DNA of 47,982 nt. Source: a virus. Lineage: Duplodnaviria > Caudoviricetes. A model generated the notes under the pieces. That model searched no databases and was not told the DNA's origin. It saw only the letters and a program-made list of their open reading frames with translations. Positions 26,369 through 34,128 of this stretch are shown piece after piece; position 1 is the stretch's first letter, and each line of letters starts with the position of its first letter. Both the position numbers and the translations under genes were made by a program. The DNA lies in IMG/VR virus record IMGVR_UViG_3300028585_000033, positions 1-47,982 of that record; one strand, 5' to 3'.

Positions 26369-26646
26369 GCTTCCTCCTGCTTACTGCGAGGAAGAGTCCA
26401 AAAAGCCTGTCCAATCCGGCTGCGATAACATTTCTCGACCAATCCGCGTTTCGCCATATCGGTCAGCAATTTTCTCAATGTTGCTGAGTCGGTTTCGTTT
26501 TCTGGATTTACTAGGTTGTAGTGGTCTTTAATCAGGAACGTTGGCATTGAGTGGTAATATTCGCCTCCTGACTGGCGCCAGTACCCTTGCTGATCAATGC
26601 GCATAATGCTAAGCACCTGCCTTTCCAGCTCATCATTGCCTGTCAT
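26365..26646 (-). CDS. Hypothetical protein
   Basis: ORF in overlapped chain. Confidence 0.6.
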   Translation of the reverse strand: MTGNDELERQVLSIMRIDQQGYWRQSGGEYYHSMPTFLIKDHYNLVNPENETDSATLRKLLTDMAKRGLVEKCYRSRIGQAFWTLPRSKQEEA

Positions 26647-26870
26647 ACATCCTCCGGTGGTAATGGGAGTGGTTGCCAGTGGGTAATCTCATTTAGATAA
26701 AGGTCATGCCCATCACCATCATCCCAGGCAGGACGTCCGTCATCGAACCAATCTGCAAAAATTCCTACCTGATAGTTAGGCCTACAAGCCGGATAACGGT
26801 TTTTGAAATCAGCGGCCATGACGTATTCGCGACCAGGCATCCGCTCACTGCACTTAATCCAGTCACCCAT
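26643..26870 (-). CDS. DUF551-family protein
   Basis: WIKCSERMP...ITHWQPLPLPP; start reassigned to ATG 26870. Confidence 0.8.
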   Translation of the reverse strand: MGDWIKCSERMPGREYVMAADFKNRYPACRPNYQVGIFADWFDDGRPAWDDGDGHDLYLNEITHWQPLPLPPEDV

Positions 26871-26871
26871 A

Positions 26872-27219
26872 TCACTGCTCTCCGTTCTGATTGGTGGCCC
26901 GCTCCGGGATGATGCGGTAGGCGATGATGTCAGAAGCAATACCATCATGCGGCAAGTACCAATCACAGGCTTCGGACTTTTGAGTGTTACCATTGCGAAA
27001 TTTAACTTCCACCATGCCTATAACTGGCTGGTCATTCCCGCCACACTTACCACGCCACTCAATCCAGCTCTCACCGCGCTCCTGCTGCTCCAGTATGGGG
27101 AGTGCAATCCGGTAGGCTTGAAGGTGACGCTCAACCATGACGGCGATATCGGATGCGCTCATCATGCGTTCCCACTCTGCAATTTGCTCCCTGCACTTAT
27201 TAGCGGTTAGCTTGTTCAT
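26872..27219 (-). CDS. Hypothetical protein
   Basis: WIEW...DIIAYRII motif common in phage early genes. Confidence 0.65.
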   Translation of the reverse strand: MNKLTANKCREQIAEWERMMSASDIAVMVERHLQAYRIALPILEQQERGESWIEWRGKCGGNDQPVIGMVEVKFRNGNTQKSEACDWYLPHDGIASDIIAYRIIPERATNQNGEQ

Positions 27220-27425
27220 TGGTGGCTCCTGTCTTCCTGCTCAAACTCAGCATCGACTATCAGGTCATGTGCTTCACGCGCCAGCATGTCGATAGCGTTC
27301 AGGTGCGCCCGAAGCTGCTCTGGCTTAAGGTCACGCTTCTTAGCCAGGTCGATGATTGCCAGCTGAATATTGCGGGCCTGACGCATCAGCGGCTGAGTGA
27401 TTACCAGTTGAGTTACCTGTGTCAT
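27216..27425 (-). CDS. Hypothetical protein
   Basis: ORF in overlapped chain. Confidence 0.6.
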   Translation of the reverse strand: MTQVTQLVITQPLMRQARNIQLAIIDLAKKRDLKPEQLRAHLNAIDMLAREAHDLIVDAEFEQEDRSHQ

Positions 27426-27574
27426 GCTCCACTCTCCCTACCTTCAAGCCAGAAGAAAAATGCCCGGTCTACGGTGGCATCCTGATAGCCAAGATGTGAC
27501 CGGGTCAGGTTGTGCCTGTCGCCGTGAACGCTGCGATACAGGCGCTCAAAGCGGATACGGTTCATCTCAGTCAT
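27422..27574 (-). CDS. Small hypothetical protein, 50 aa
   Basis: Own translation MTEMNRIRFERLYRSVHG...; bridges P and next gene. Confidence 0.55.
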   Translation of the reverse strand: MTEMNRIRFERLYRSVHGDRHNLTRSHLGYQDATVDRAFFFWLEGRESGA

Positions 27575-28271
27575 GGCGGCCACTTCTCAGCCCAAAGCGG
27601 CGGCGAATGTCGGCAAGGTGGTCCAGCGCCTTTTCGTTACCGGTCGGGATGTGGAGTTGTGGGATCTGTTTGCGCGGCGGCGGGATGACTTCGCCAGCTT
27701 CGATGCGGCGGGACATCTTGCGCAGCTCATCACCCAGACGTTTGCGGCATTCAGAATCCGTCAGGTTGAACGAGCGCATCTGGTTGTAGACCGCTGTCAC
27801 CATGTGGAAACAGGCCGGGCTTTCCCAGGGGAAGTCCTCGCTGCTGTCGTACATGCCACGGTCCCGGCAATACAGTCGGAACATGTCGTACAGTTCCTCA
27901 TCGGCTGGCAGACCGGCTGCACGATGCTCGCCCTGCTTGCACCACTCGATAAACTGGCCGGGTGATGGCAGGAACGGCGAACCACTTGCGCGGGCCAGCT
28001 TCATGCCTGCTGACAGCTGCTGCTTGTTGTGAATGCCGTTCTCGGCGAAAGCGGCTATCCACTGGCGTTTCGCTGCTGCTTCGTCGTTCGGATTGCGCCA
28101 TGCAGTGCTGACCGATGCCGGAAACACCTGCTTCAGGTTCGAAAACAGAGCATCGACAAGGCGCTCAACGTCTTCATGCACTCCACGCTCAATCGGGCGC
28201 GGGCCATCACCTGCAATGCGAGCCAGTGCGCCTGCATCACGGTTCTGAATTGCTGATACGAGATTTCTCAT
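27567..28271 (-). CDS. P: Replication protein P (DnaB helicase loader)
   Basis: KRQWIAAFAENGI, PFLPSPGQFIEWC, lambda P signature. Confidence 0.92.
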   Translation of the reverse strand: MRNLVSAIQNRDAGALARIAGDGPRPIERGVHEDVERLVDALFSNLKQVFPASVSTAWRNPNDEAAAKRQWIAAFAENGIHNKQQLSAGMKLARASGSPFLPSPGQFIEWCKQGEHRAAGLPADEELYDMFRLYCRDRGMYDSSEDFPWESPACFHMVTAVYNQMRSFNLTDSECRKRLGDELRKMSRRIEAGEVIPPPRKQIPQLHIPTGNEKALDHLADIRRRFGLRSGRHD

Positions 28272-29023
28272 AGGAATTCATTCTCCCAGGCTTCGCGGCT
28301 GTTCCAGTGCTGATGAGGAGTGGTAACTACCTGCTTAGCAGTTCTGGCAGTCGCATTTTTGTTCTGGTAGCTGAGCTTCTGGCTGGCAGTGATAAACCAG
28401 TTCTTCGGCTTCTCATGAGAGAATTCGATGTCCAGCTTTTCCAGTTCGTATTTGAGATCGATGTTTTTGTACAGCTTGCACCATGAGGCGAAGTCGTTGT
28501 GATTCAGCCTCACGACTTTGCCTTCAAATGCGTATCGGGATTCTTCGGCTGCAACAGGAAGAGGAGCGTCAGCGACTGGTGTTTCTTTAGGTTCTATGAC
28601 TGGTTCAAAAGAGTGACTGGTTATGGGGTCATCTGGTGCCCCACCCCCTCGGTCATCTGGTGCCCCACCCCCGGTCATCTCCTGCCCTACCCCCTCGGGC
28701 ATATCCTGACCGGGGGTCTCATCTGAATTGACGCTCTCAATTCGATTTCTTACAGGGTTGTCGAGGGTGAGATAAAACAGGTTCGACTGGTTTAAATCAC
28801 CATTTCTGCGGAATTCCCTTCGCAGCATTCCCATATCCTCAAGTGCCCGGATATGGTTTTTTACTGTTGACCGTCCGATCTCGCACTGGTCAGCAATATG
28901 CTGGTAAGAAGGCCAGCATTCACCTTTGTCGTTGGCATTGTCTGCCAGCTTAATCAGTACGAGCTTCCTCAGTGGATTGCCAACTCTGATACCCATGGCT
29001 TTAGCCATCAAATTCATGCTCAT
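28268..29023 (-). CDS. O: Replication initiator (O-like, N-terminal HTH)
   Basis: KLVLIKLADNAND.GECWPSYQHIADQCEI; internal iterons; upstream of P. Confidence 0.88.
   Translation of the reverse strand: MSMNLMAKAMGIRVGNPLRKLVLIKLADNANDKGECWPSYQHIADQCEIGRSTVKNHIRALEDMGMLRREFRRNGDLNQSNLFYLTLDNPVRNRIESVNSDETPGQDMPEGVGQEMTGGGAPDDRGGGAPDDPITSHSFEPVIEPKETPVADAPLPVAAEESRYAFEGKVVRLNHNDFASWCKLYKNIDLKYELEKLDIEFSHEKPKNWFITASQKLSYQNKNATARTAKQVVTTPHQHWNSREAWENEFL
28627..28712. repeat. Replication origin iterons (4 copies)
   Basis: GGTCATCTGGTGCCCC at 28627 and 28651, GGTCATCTCCTGCCCT at 28673, GGGCATATCCTGACCG at 28697; pseudo-palindromic GGKCA-N5-TGMCC, 22-24 nt period, inside initiator gene. Confidence 0.85.
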
Positions 29024-29035
29024 AGTTATTCCAGA

Positions 29036-29743
29036 TTAAAAAGGTAAGGGCTCATCCACTGGGGGTAACTGAGGCCCATATACTCCAGCCTCAATCAGCT
29101 GTCTCTCATACGCCTCTCTCTCTTCGTTGATTCTTCGATAGTGAGAGTGATTTGACGTCTCTATCCCGTAGGCTTTGCCGTCATGAAGGACAAGAGAGCA
29201 GTGCTGCTCAAACAGTTGTCGCCTCATCATCTCGACGCCAAACCTGATTAGCCGGTCAGCAACTGCCAGTCGATTACCGAAAACGTTGATGCCTATGTCC
29301 TCGAATAGATCGGGCAAATTCAGGTTGTTCAGGCTCTCGAAGCAAATGACGTCGTATGTGTCAGCTAACTCCTCAACGGGTGTATTAGTGCCGGCCTGAC
29401 AATGCGCCTCTGCCTCATAAAGAATTTCTTCCAGCTCCTCATTGAAGAACTCGCGAGACTCATTGACCCGGAATCCAGCAAGCGCCTCGTGAATTGAAGA
29501 TTCAGATCCCGCAGGGTCTTCGCAATGAAAGGCGGCTTCAATTTTGAATGGAGCCGGAACGCCAGTTGCTGAAGACAGCTCCTTTGCTCGCGTAGCCGGG
29601 CTTGTTGTGGTCATGCCGATTTTGTAAATGCCGGGCATAAATTGATTGCTAAGAACATAAACCCAGCCCGCCATCCTGAAGTCAGCTGGTATCTCCATGC
29701 TCTGCAGAATGTCAGGTTGCTTTTCAATTGCTCCTAAGTGCAT
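29036..29743 (-). CDS. GIY-YIG/T5orf172-domain protein
   Basis: GWVYVLSN..MPGIYKIGMT...R..ELS..TGVP, E..IH..L...RV...REFF. Confidence 0.85.
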   Translation of the reverse strand: MHLGAIEKQPDILQSMEIPADFRMAGWVYVLSNQFMPGIYKIGMTTTSPATRAKELSSATGVPAPFKIEAAFHCEDPAGSESSIHEALAGFRVNESREFFNEELEEILYEAEAHCQAGTNTPVEELADTYDVICFESLNNLNLPDLFEDIGINVFGNRLAVADRLIRFGVEMMRRQLFEQHCSLVLHDGKAYGIETSNHSHYRRINEEREAYERQLIEAGVYGPQLPPVDEPLPF

Positions 29744-29753
29744 AATTACTCCT

Positions 29754-29817
29754 GTGAATTGATCCAGTCATTTCGCATCAGGCCTCTAGCGTTCCAGCGC
29801 TCGGGGCCTTTTCTTTT
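29754..29817 (+). ncRNA. oop: OOP-like antisense RNA to the cII 3' end
   Basis: TTGCTT-18-CATAAT promoter (29717-29746); 5' GTGAATTGATCCAGT resembles lambda OOP; ends in AGGCCTC...GGGGCCT-TTTCTTTT terminator. Confidence 0.7.
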
Positions 29818-30047
29818 CCCATCGCAGCTGCAACCGCTTGCCGGGCTACTTCTGCAATCAGGCTCGTTTCCCACACCTTCTCCAGCAGCACAAAAACCGT
29901 CGCCATATCGCGCAGGTTTAAACGGCTTACTTTCGATTCATGCCATCCGGCCTCATCAGCCAGAACGCGCTGGCCTTTATGGGTCAGGCGGCTGCGTAAT
30001 TCTGTTTCTACTTCGTTGATCAACTTGCTATTTCTTGCGTGTTCCAT
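29778..30047 (-). CDS. cII: CII-like transcriptional activator
   Basis: GQRVLADEAGWHESKVSR HTH; downstream of cro; start ATG 30047. Confidence 0.8.
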   Translation of the reverse strand: MEHARNSKLINEVETELRSRLTHKGQRVLADEAGWHESKVSRLNLRDMATVFVLLEKVWETSLIAEVARQAVAAAMGKEKAPSAGTLEA

Positions 30048-30057
30048 GATTGATAAT
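30025..30057 (+). promoter_or_regulatory. PRE-like CII-activated promoter
   Basis: TTGC-N6-TTGC (30025-30038) flanking -35, 17-nt spacer, GATAAT; overlaps cII start and points toward cI. Confidence 0.8.
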
Positions 30058-30138
30058 TTCCATGTAGGTAAATGATTGCGTGACATTGCGGTGAGCAAGT
30101 CACTTGGGTTTTTCCCTGGTATTCCGAGGGAGGTCAGA

Positions 30139-30151
30139 TTGATAAAGAGCG
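30139..30151 (-). promoter_or_regulatory. nutR boxA
   Basis: CGCTCTTTATCAA just after cro, followed by CCCT-CGGAATACC-AGGG boxB-like hairpin. Confidence 0.75.
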
Positions 30152-30158
30152 GTGATTC

Positions 30159-30374
30159 TTAAGCTGCTGTCTTTCTTGGCGGGAACAGACCATCGAGAGT
30201 GGTCTTGCTGCCCAATTTATTAAACGCCTTCACCAGGCGACGGCATGACTCTAAATCTGGCGCTCGGATTCCCGTCTCGTAGTTCGCTAAGCGGGATTGA
30301 TTCCAGCCACAAACACTGGCGAGCACTGATTGAGTGATGCCAAGCTTTTTCCGTTCGTTGGCAATGTTGTTCAT
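30159..30374 (-). CDS. cro: Cro repressor
   Basis: 71-aa XRE HTH divergent from cI. Confidence 0.88.
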   Translation of the reverse strand: MNNIANERKKLGITQSVLASVCGWNQSRLANYETGIRAPDLESCRRLVKAFNKLGSKTTLDGLFPPRKTAA

Positions 30375-30404
30375 GGTTTGTCCTTAATGGGTCACTCTGC
30401 ACTC

Positions 30405-30470
30405 ATTAAACACAATTCGTGATTCATTTTCAACACAAATCGTGAAAAGCCTTTTAACACGGAATGTGAT
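30405..30470. promoter_or_regulatory. OR operators (three) and PR promoter
   Basis: 15-bp AACAC-N5-GTGAW at 30409, 30432, 30456; minus-strand TTGAAA-17-TTTAAT. Confidence 0.85.
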
Positions 30471-30476
30471 AAAAAT

Positions 30477-31118
30477 ATGCGCATGAAAAGAGATGAAGAT
30501 ATTGCCGCGCGAATTAAGCGCTTACGTGAAGCTCAGGGCCTTTCTCAGAAGGCTCTGGCGGAGCTATGCGGATGGGCTTCACAGTCTCGGATAGGCAACT
30601 ATGAAGCTCGGGTGAGAAGTGTTAGCGTTGATGATGCGGAGGTGATCGCAAAAGCTTTGGGTGTAACTCCGGCTGAGCTGCTGTTCGGAGATTATTATGA
30701 AGGACCATATCAGCCAGGGGAGAAATATCCATTGATAAGCTGGGTAAGTGCAGGAGCATGGAAAGAGGCATTAGAGCCTTACAATTTGCAGCAGGTTTCT
30801 GAGTGGTACGAATCAGAGGCACGCGTAGAAGGCGATGGATTCTGGCTTCGCGTGCATGGCGACTCCATGACGGCCGCGGCTGGCATGAGTATCCCAGAAG
30901 GCACGCTCGTTCTTTTTGATACAGGACGAGAGCCTAAGAATGGCAGCCTTGTGATTGCGAAGCTTGTTGATGCTAACGAGGCGACCTTCAAAAAGCTGAT
31001 CATTGATGGCGGGCAGAAATACCTCAAGGGACTCAACCCGGCCTATCCACTTATCCCCATTGATGGTAACTGCCGGATCATCGGTGTGGCAGTGCAGACC
31101 ATGATGAATCTCGTCTAG
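30477..31118 (+). CDS. cI: CI repressor (HTH plus S24 autopeptidase)
   Basis: HTH, VSAG cleavage site, GDSM Ser and TFKKL Lys. Confidence 0.95.
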   Translation: MRMKRDEDIAARIKRLREAQGLSQKALAELCGWASQSRIGNYEARVRSVSVDDAEVIAKALGVTPAELLFGDYYEGPYQPGEKYPLISWVSAGAWKEALEPYNLQQVSEWYESEARVEGDGFWLRVHGDSMTAAAGMSIPEGTLVLFDTGREPKNGSLVIAKLVDANEATFKKLIIDGGQKYLKGLNPAYPLIPIDGNCRIIGVAVQTMMNLV

Positions 31119-31141
31119 TTTCTCCCCCGCTAAAATCCCAC

Positions 31142-31166
31142 AAACCCGCTTCGGCGGGTTTTTTAT
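31142..31166 (+). terminator. Terminator after cI
   Basis: AAACCCGC-TTCG-GCGGGTTT plus TTTATT. Confidence 0.82.
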
Positions 31167-31203
31167 TGCCCTCAAAAAATATATTCCCTTCAAATTCAAT
31201 AAC

Positions 31204-31268
31204 AACACGATGCGTGTTCAATATTAATCACATTTCGTGTTGACTGCATAAACACAATCTGTGATTAT
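31204..31268 (+). promoter_or_regulatory. OL operators (three) and PL promoter
   Basis: AWCAC-N5-GTGWT at 31204, 31227, 31251; TTGACT-17-GATTAT; transcript begins with lambda-like ATCAGCAGGACGC. Confidence 0.88.
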
Positions 31269-31312
31269 AAATCCCATCAGCAGGACGCTGGGGAAACAAG
31301 AAACGGATATCA

Positions 31313-31346
31313 GCTCTTTAACAATATGACCCTGTGAATACACAGG
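31313..31346 (+). promoter_or_regulatory. nutL (boxA plus boxB-like hairpin)
   Basis: GCTCTTTAACAA then CCTGTG-AATA-CACAGG; shares TGACC...GAATAC with nutR. Confidence 0.78.
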
Positions 31347-31353
31347 CCGAGGC

Positions 31354-31483
31354 GAGTGCTTCGGGATTGGATGAATGCGCAGGCTGATGCGCTATCAAAA
31401 TGCGGCGAGGCCAGTACGTAAAACCGTGCCGTTTCGCACCTATGCCGGAGATCAGCACCGGCCATTCAATCACCCAAGCACTC
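31354..31483 (+). ncRNA. Structured four-way-junction RNA in PL leader with complementary loops
   Basis: Long closing stem plus three hairpins; loop GGCUGA complementary to loop AGAUCAGCA. Confidence 0.55.
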
Positions 31484-31497
31484 ATCGAGGAATACCC

Positions 31498-31638
31498 ATG
31501 AACGAAAATTATCAGAAATCATCTGCGTATCTTGAAGCCGACCTTTGGGAGTCGATGCGCAACCAGAACGATCGCAATTACCGCCGCGTGCTGAAAAAGA
31601 AGCGCGCTAAAGCCGCCAAGCGTAACGGAGCAAAGTGA
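31498..31638 (+). CDS. Small Arg/Lys-rich protein, 46 aa
   Basis: RBS GAGGA; MNENYQK...RNYRRVLKKKRAKAAKR. Confidence 0.55.
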   Translation: MNENYQKSSAYLEADLWESMRNQNDRNYRRVLKKKRAKAAKRNGAK

Positions 31639-31886
31639 TGAACAGAAATCAGCGTCGTATGGCGGCTTATAACGCCAAGAAAGCATCGCAGTCTATCGAG
31701 CAGACACGTTTCGAGCGCCGCATCGTCAGCACGTTATCCAGCTGCAACCAGAGAGTCGAGAAGGCTTGCTCCTCCCCTTCTCTGCGTGACAGACATGAGA
31801 GCACGAGTGTGTGCTTGCCGGAGATTGCATTATTCAACGCGGGTTACCGCAGCGTCCGTAAAGACGTAACACATATCATTAAGTGA
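31635..31886 (+). CDS. N: Early antitermination protein N
   Basis: Arg-rich N-terminus (NRNQRRMA), RVEKA, C-terminal CLPEIALFNAGYR; position after nutL. Confidence 0.75.
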   Translation: MMNRNQRRMAAYNAKKASQSIEQTRFERRIVSTLSSCNQRVEKACSSPSLRDRHESTSVCLPEIALFNAGYRSVRKDVTHIIK

Positions 31887-31896
31887 GGGTTTCCAT

Positions 31897-32523
31897 ATGT
31901 CATCAGTACGCTTAACTACCGTTATCCGTGAGCAGATCGCCAACAATGCTCTCGCCAAATCAGGTGTAACCGCTGAGCTGGCAGCGCTGCAAAAGCAACG
32001 GCATGAGGCGGCTAAATCTGCTCGTATTTTTGCCTTTGGTGGTGAACAGAAGGCTAAAGAAATTGATTCTCTTTTTGCCAAGCTGACAAAGATTGAGAAG
32101 CAAATTCAGCAGCTGGGAGCGAGCACCTACGTGGCATCAGGTCGCAGTGGGGATATCAACATCGCAATCGGCGGCCGCCGTCTTGGCTGGGTCAGTTATG
32201 GCGTTGATGATAAGGGTGAGGATATTTATTTGGTCACGCCAAATCGCGATCAATGCCTGTTTGCTGCTGACCATGAAATCACTAAGCGGTTTGATGAAAT
32301 CTTTGCTGCTGAGGCCAAAGCCGAAAAGCGAAAAGAGGAAATCGAAAAGACCGTATGGGCTGCGCTTAACTCAGTTTCAACCATCAAGCGTCTCGTTGAG
32401 GTCTGGCCGGAAAGCCAAGAGCTAATCCCCGAAAACGTCGAGAACGTGAGAGCGGCTCTACCTGCATTGAAGGTCGAAGACCTCAACAAGATGATCGGAT
32501 TGCCAACTTCTGAGGCTGCCTAA
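31897..32523 (+). CDS. Hypothetical protein (Nmad5-like)
   Basis: RLTTVIREQI...STIKRLVEVWPE...LPA...LNKMIGLP pattern. Confidence 0.6.
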   Translation: MSSVRLTTVIREQIANNALAKSGVTAELAALQKQRHEAAKSARIFAFGGEQKAKEIDSLFAKLTKIEKQIQQLGASTYVASGRSGDINIAIGGRRLGWVSYGVDDKGEDIYLVTPNRDQCLFAADHEITKRFDEIFAAEAKAEKRKEEIEKTVWAALNSVSTIKRLVEVWPESQELIPENVENVRAALPALKVEDLNKMIGLPTSEAA

Positions 32524-32582
32524 CCCGCAGCTTTTTTATTGGCTATCGCAACTCAAAAGACATCGTAACGGCGAGGTGATTT

Positions 32583-32885
32583 ATGCAAGCAATGGAAGTT
32601 CAGCGCGACGAGTATGGCTACTGGACACACCCAGAATACGACGCTTTCTGCGACGGAAGAGAGTCCATTTCAAGTGATGAGATGGACAAGTGGATGGCTG
32701 AAAAAGGTCTTGAATGGGGAGTTGAGTATCGAGATGAGGATGATACCGGCCCGGACGATGACGGCGTTGACATCTCATCCTGGGAGCCATCGGGCTTAAA
32801 GGGTGAGGGTTGGTTTGTTGGATCAATCCATGACTCAGAAGACGGTGCCGTTTGCATTTGGCTCCGACACAAACAGGTCGCTTAG
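32583..32885 (+). CDS. Acidic hypothetical phage protein
   Basis: RBS GAGGT; RDEYGYWTHP...GWFVGSIHDSEDG. Confidence 0.75.
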   Translation: MQAMEVQRDEYGYWTHPEYDAFCDGRESISSDEMDKWMAEKGLEWGVEYRDEDDTGPDDDGVDISSWEPSGLKGEGWFVGSIHDSEDGAVCIWLRHKQVA

Positions 32886-32896
32886 GCGGCCTTTTT
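32875..32896 (+). terminator. Intrinsic terminator
   Basis: AGGTCGC-TTAG-GCGGCCT plus T-run. Confidence 0.68.
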
Positions 32897-32912
32897 CATA
32901 TCTGGAGGCACC

Positions 32913-32993
32913 ATGTTAAGCGACGGAAGCTGGTATTTCGGCTGGTTTGTGTTTGGCGTGCTGATGGTGCTGGGGGTTATAGCAGGAGGTTGA
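32913..32993 (+). CDS. 26-aa single-TM peptide
   Basis: RBS GGAGG; MLSDGSWYFGWFVFGVLMVLGVIAGG. Confidence 0.55.
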   Translation: MLSDGSWYFGWFVFGVLMVLGVIAGG

Positions 32994-32995
32994 AG

Positions 32996-33232
32996 ATGGA
33001 AAAAGATACAGGCGGTCAGGCGTTCCCACTGCCGTTAGGTAGTGAAACAGTTGAAGGTCAAGAAGGTATGACGTTGCGCGATTACTTCGCGGCAAAGGTA
33101 ATGCAGGGAGTCATGGCATCAGGGACTGCGATACAAATCGGCACAAACCACAAGCACGGCATGCTGGATATGGCCGTGGCGTTTTACTCAATGGCTGATG
33201 CGATGCTTGAAGCTCGCGCCCGGGGCCAGTAA
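32996..33232 (+). CDS. Hypothetical phage protein (GGxAFP...GMTLRDYFAAK family)
   Basis: Start reassigned to ATG 32996 (RBS AGGAGG). Confidence 0.75.
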   Translation: MEKDTGGQAFPLPLGSETVEGQEGMTLRDYFAAKVMQGVMASGTAIQIGTNHKHGMLDMAVAFYSMADAMLEARARGQ

Positions 33233-33249
33233 CCACTACAGGAGAGCTT

Positions 33250-33537
33250 ATGCGCATTGAAGATTACATGAAAAAACCTCGCCATCGCCTCCCTAAGCTG
33301 GGCCGTGTTGTTGAGGTTGACTTGGATGTACTGCGCTGCGGTTTTGGTGCGAACTGGGGAGTTACCTACGACAACGACGCTGTGGTCAAGCGTAAAGTTC
33401 GGCGAGTCATGGATAGCAACGGATGGCGGTGGCAGCTAGCCAGAAAATGGAAAGACCAAGAGGTGTGGGATTACCGCTTTGAGCAGGACAAAGAGCAAAT
33501 CCTGAACATCAACTACGAGTACAGCCTTATCAAGTAA
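33250..33537 (+). CDS. Hypothetical protein
   Basis: RBS AGGAG; 95 aa. Confidence 0.7.
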   Translation: MRIEDYMKKPRHRLPKLGRVVEVDLDVLRCGFGANWGVTYDNDAVVKRKVRRVMDSNGWRWQLARKWKDQEVWDYRFEQDKEQILNINYEYSLIK

Positions 33538-33644
33538 TTACCACTGAGTGACACCGTAAAGCTGTCTGCTCAGACGGCTTTGAGGTGCTACGCACCAACG
33601 CTGAGATTTCAGCAGGATAGATAACCAGAACGTTTCATCCTTAT

Positions 33645-33671
33645 GGGGGCCGAAATGGCCCCCTTCTTTTT
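33645..33671 (+). terminator. Intrinsic terminator before cIII
   Basis: GGGGGCC-GAAAT-GGCCCCC plus TTCTTTTT. Confidence 0.7.
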
Positions 33672-33701
33672 ACACCAACCAAATTTATATCGAGGTATCC
33701 C

Positions 33702-33827
33702 ATGCCAGCTTATGCAACGGCAGGGGCGGCATTGGGCTGCCCTTTCGACTTTGAATCCCAGCTTGAACGCATTGCACGCCGCCTTCGCAGCCTGTTCATC
33801 TCCATCCGCAAAGGAGTACAGCCATGA
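33702..33827 (+). CDS. cIII: CIII-like FtsH inhibitor, 41 aa
   Basis: Own translation MPAYATAGAALGCPFDFESQLERIARRLRSLF..., like lambda CIII (YAIAG...GCP.ESLLERITRKLR); RBS GAGGT. Confidence 0.75.
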   Translation: MPAYATAGAALGCPFDFESQLERIARRLRSLFISIRKGVQP

Positions 33828-33937
33828 AATCACGTTACTTCACGAAGGCTCAGGAGCTTTCAAGAGAGGCTCACCTGTTCGGCGATGGTGCCAAGTGGGC
33901 GATGGCAATGCGGTTATTGCGGAGAGCCATGCAATGA
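33824..33937 (+). CDS. kil: Kil-like cell-division inhibitor, 37 aa
   Basis: Own translation MKSRYFTKAQELSREAHLFGDGAKWAMAMRLLRRAMQ; follows cIII as in lambda. Confidence 0.5.
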   Translation: MKSRYFTKAQELSREAHLFGDGAKWAMAMRLLRRAMQ

Positions 33938-34128
33938 AATTGAAGATTGAGTGTGGCGAGCTGAATACCCGCGCCGGCTATCGCCCCGGCATGATGATTA
34001 TCGAAGCTGATGAAGTGTCTCTGCTCGACTTCAGCGGCAAGCAACTACTCAACCAGATTGATATCAAAGATGTCATGGAGTGGCTTACAGAGCAGGGTTA
34101 CACAATTCATCAGGAGCACGCAGCATGA
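33934..34128 (+). CDS. Hypothetical protein, 64 aa
   Basis: ATGA-coupled start MKLKIECGEL. Confidence 0.65.
   Translation: MKLKIECGELNTRAGYRPGMMIIEADEVSLLDFSGKQLLNQIDIKDVMEWLTEQGYTIHQEHAA

Noticed and set aside
28627-28712. Short direct repeats as a mini-CRISPR
   Set aside because: No unique spacers or cas genes; they lie inside the initiator gene as typical lambdoid ori iterons.
31354-31483. Canonical tRNA gene
   Set aside because: No TTCG T-loop, no 7-nt anticodon loop, no standard acceptor stem; kept only as a tRNA-shaped candidate. No true tRNA gene was seen anywhere in the window.
31375-31497. N-terminal extension of the 87-aa ORF
   Set aside because: Runs through the structured RNA; the RBS supports ATG 31498.
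33643-34128. Single 161-aa ORF
   Set aside because: Starts inside a terminator; better explained by coupled cIII, kil-like and a 64-aa gene.
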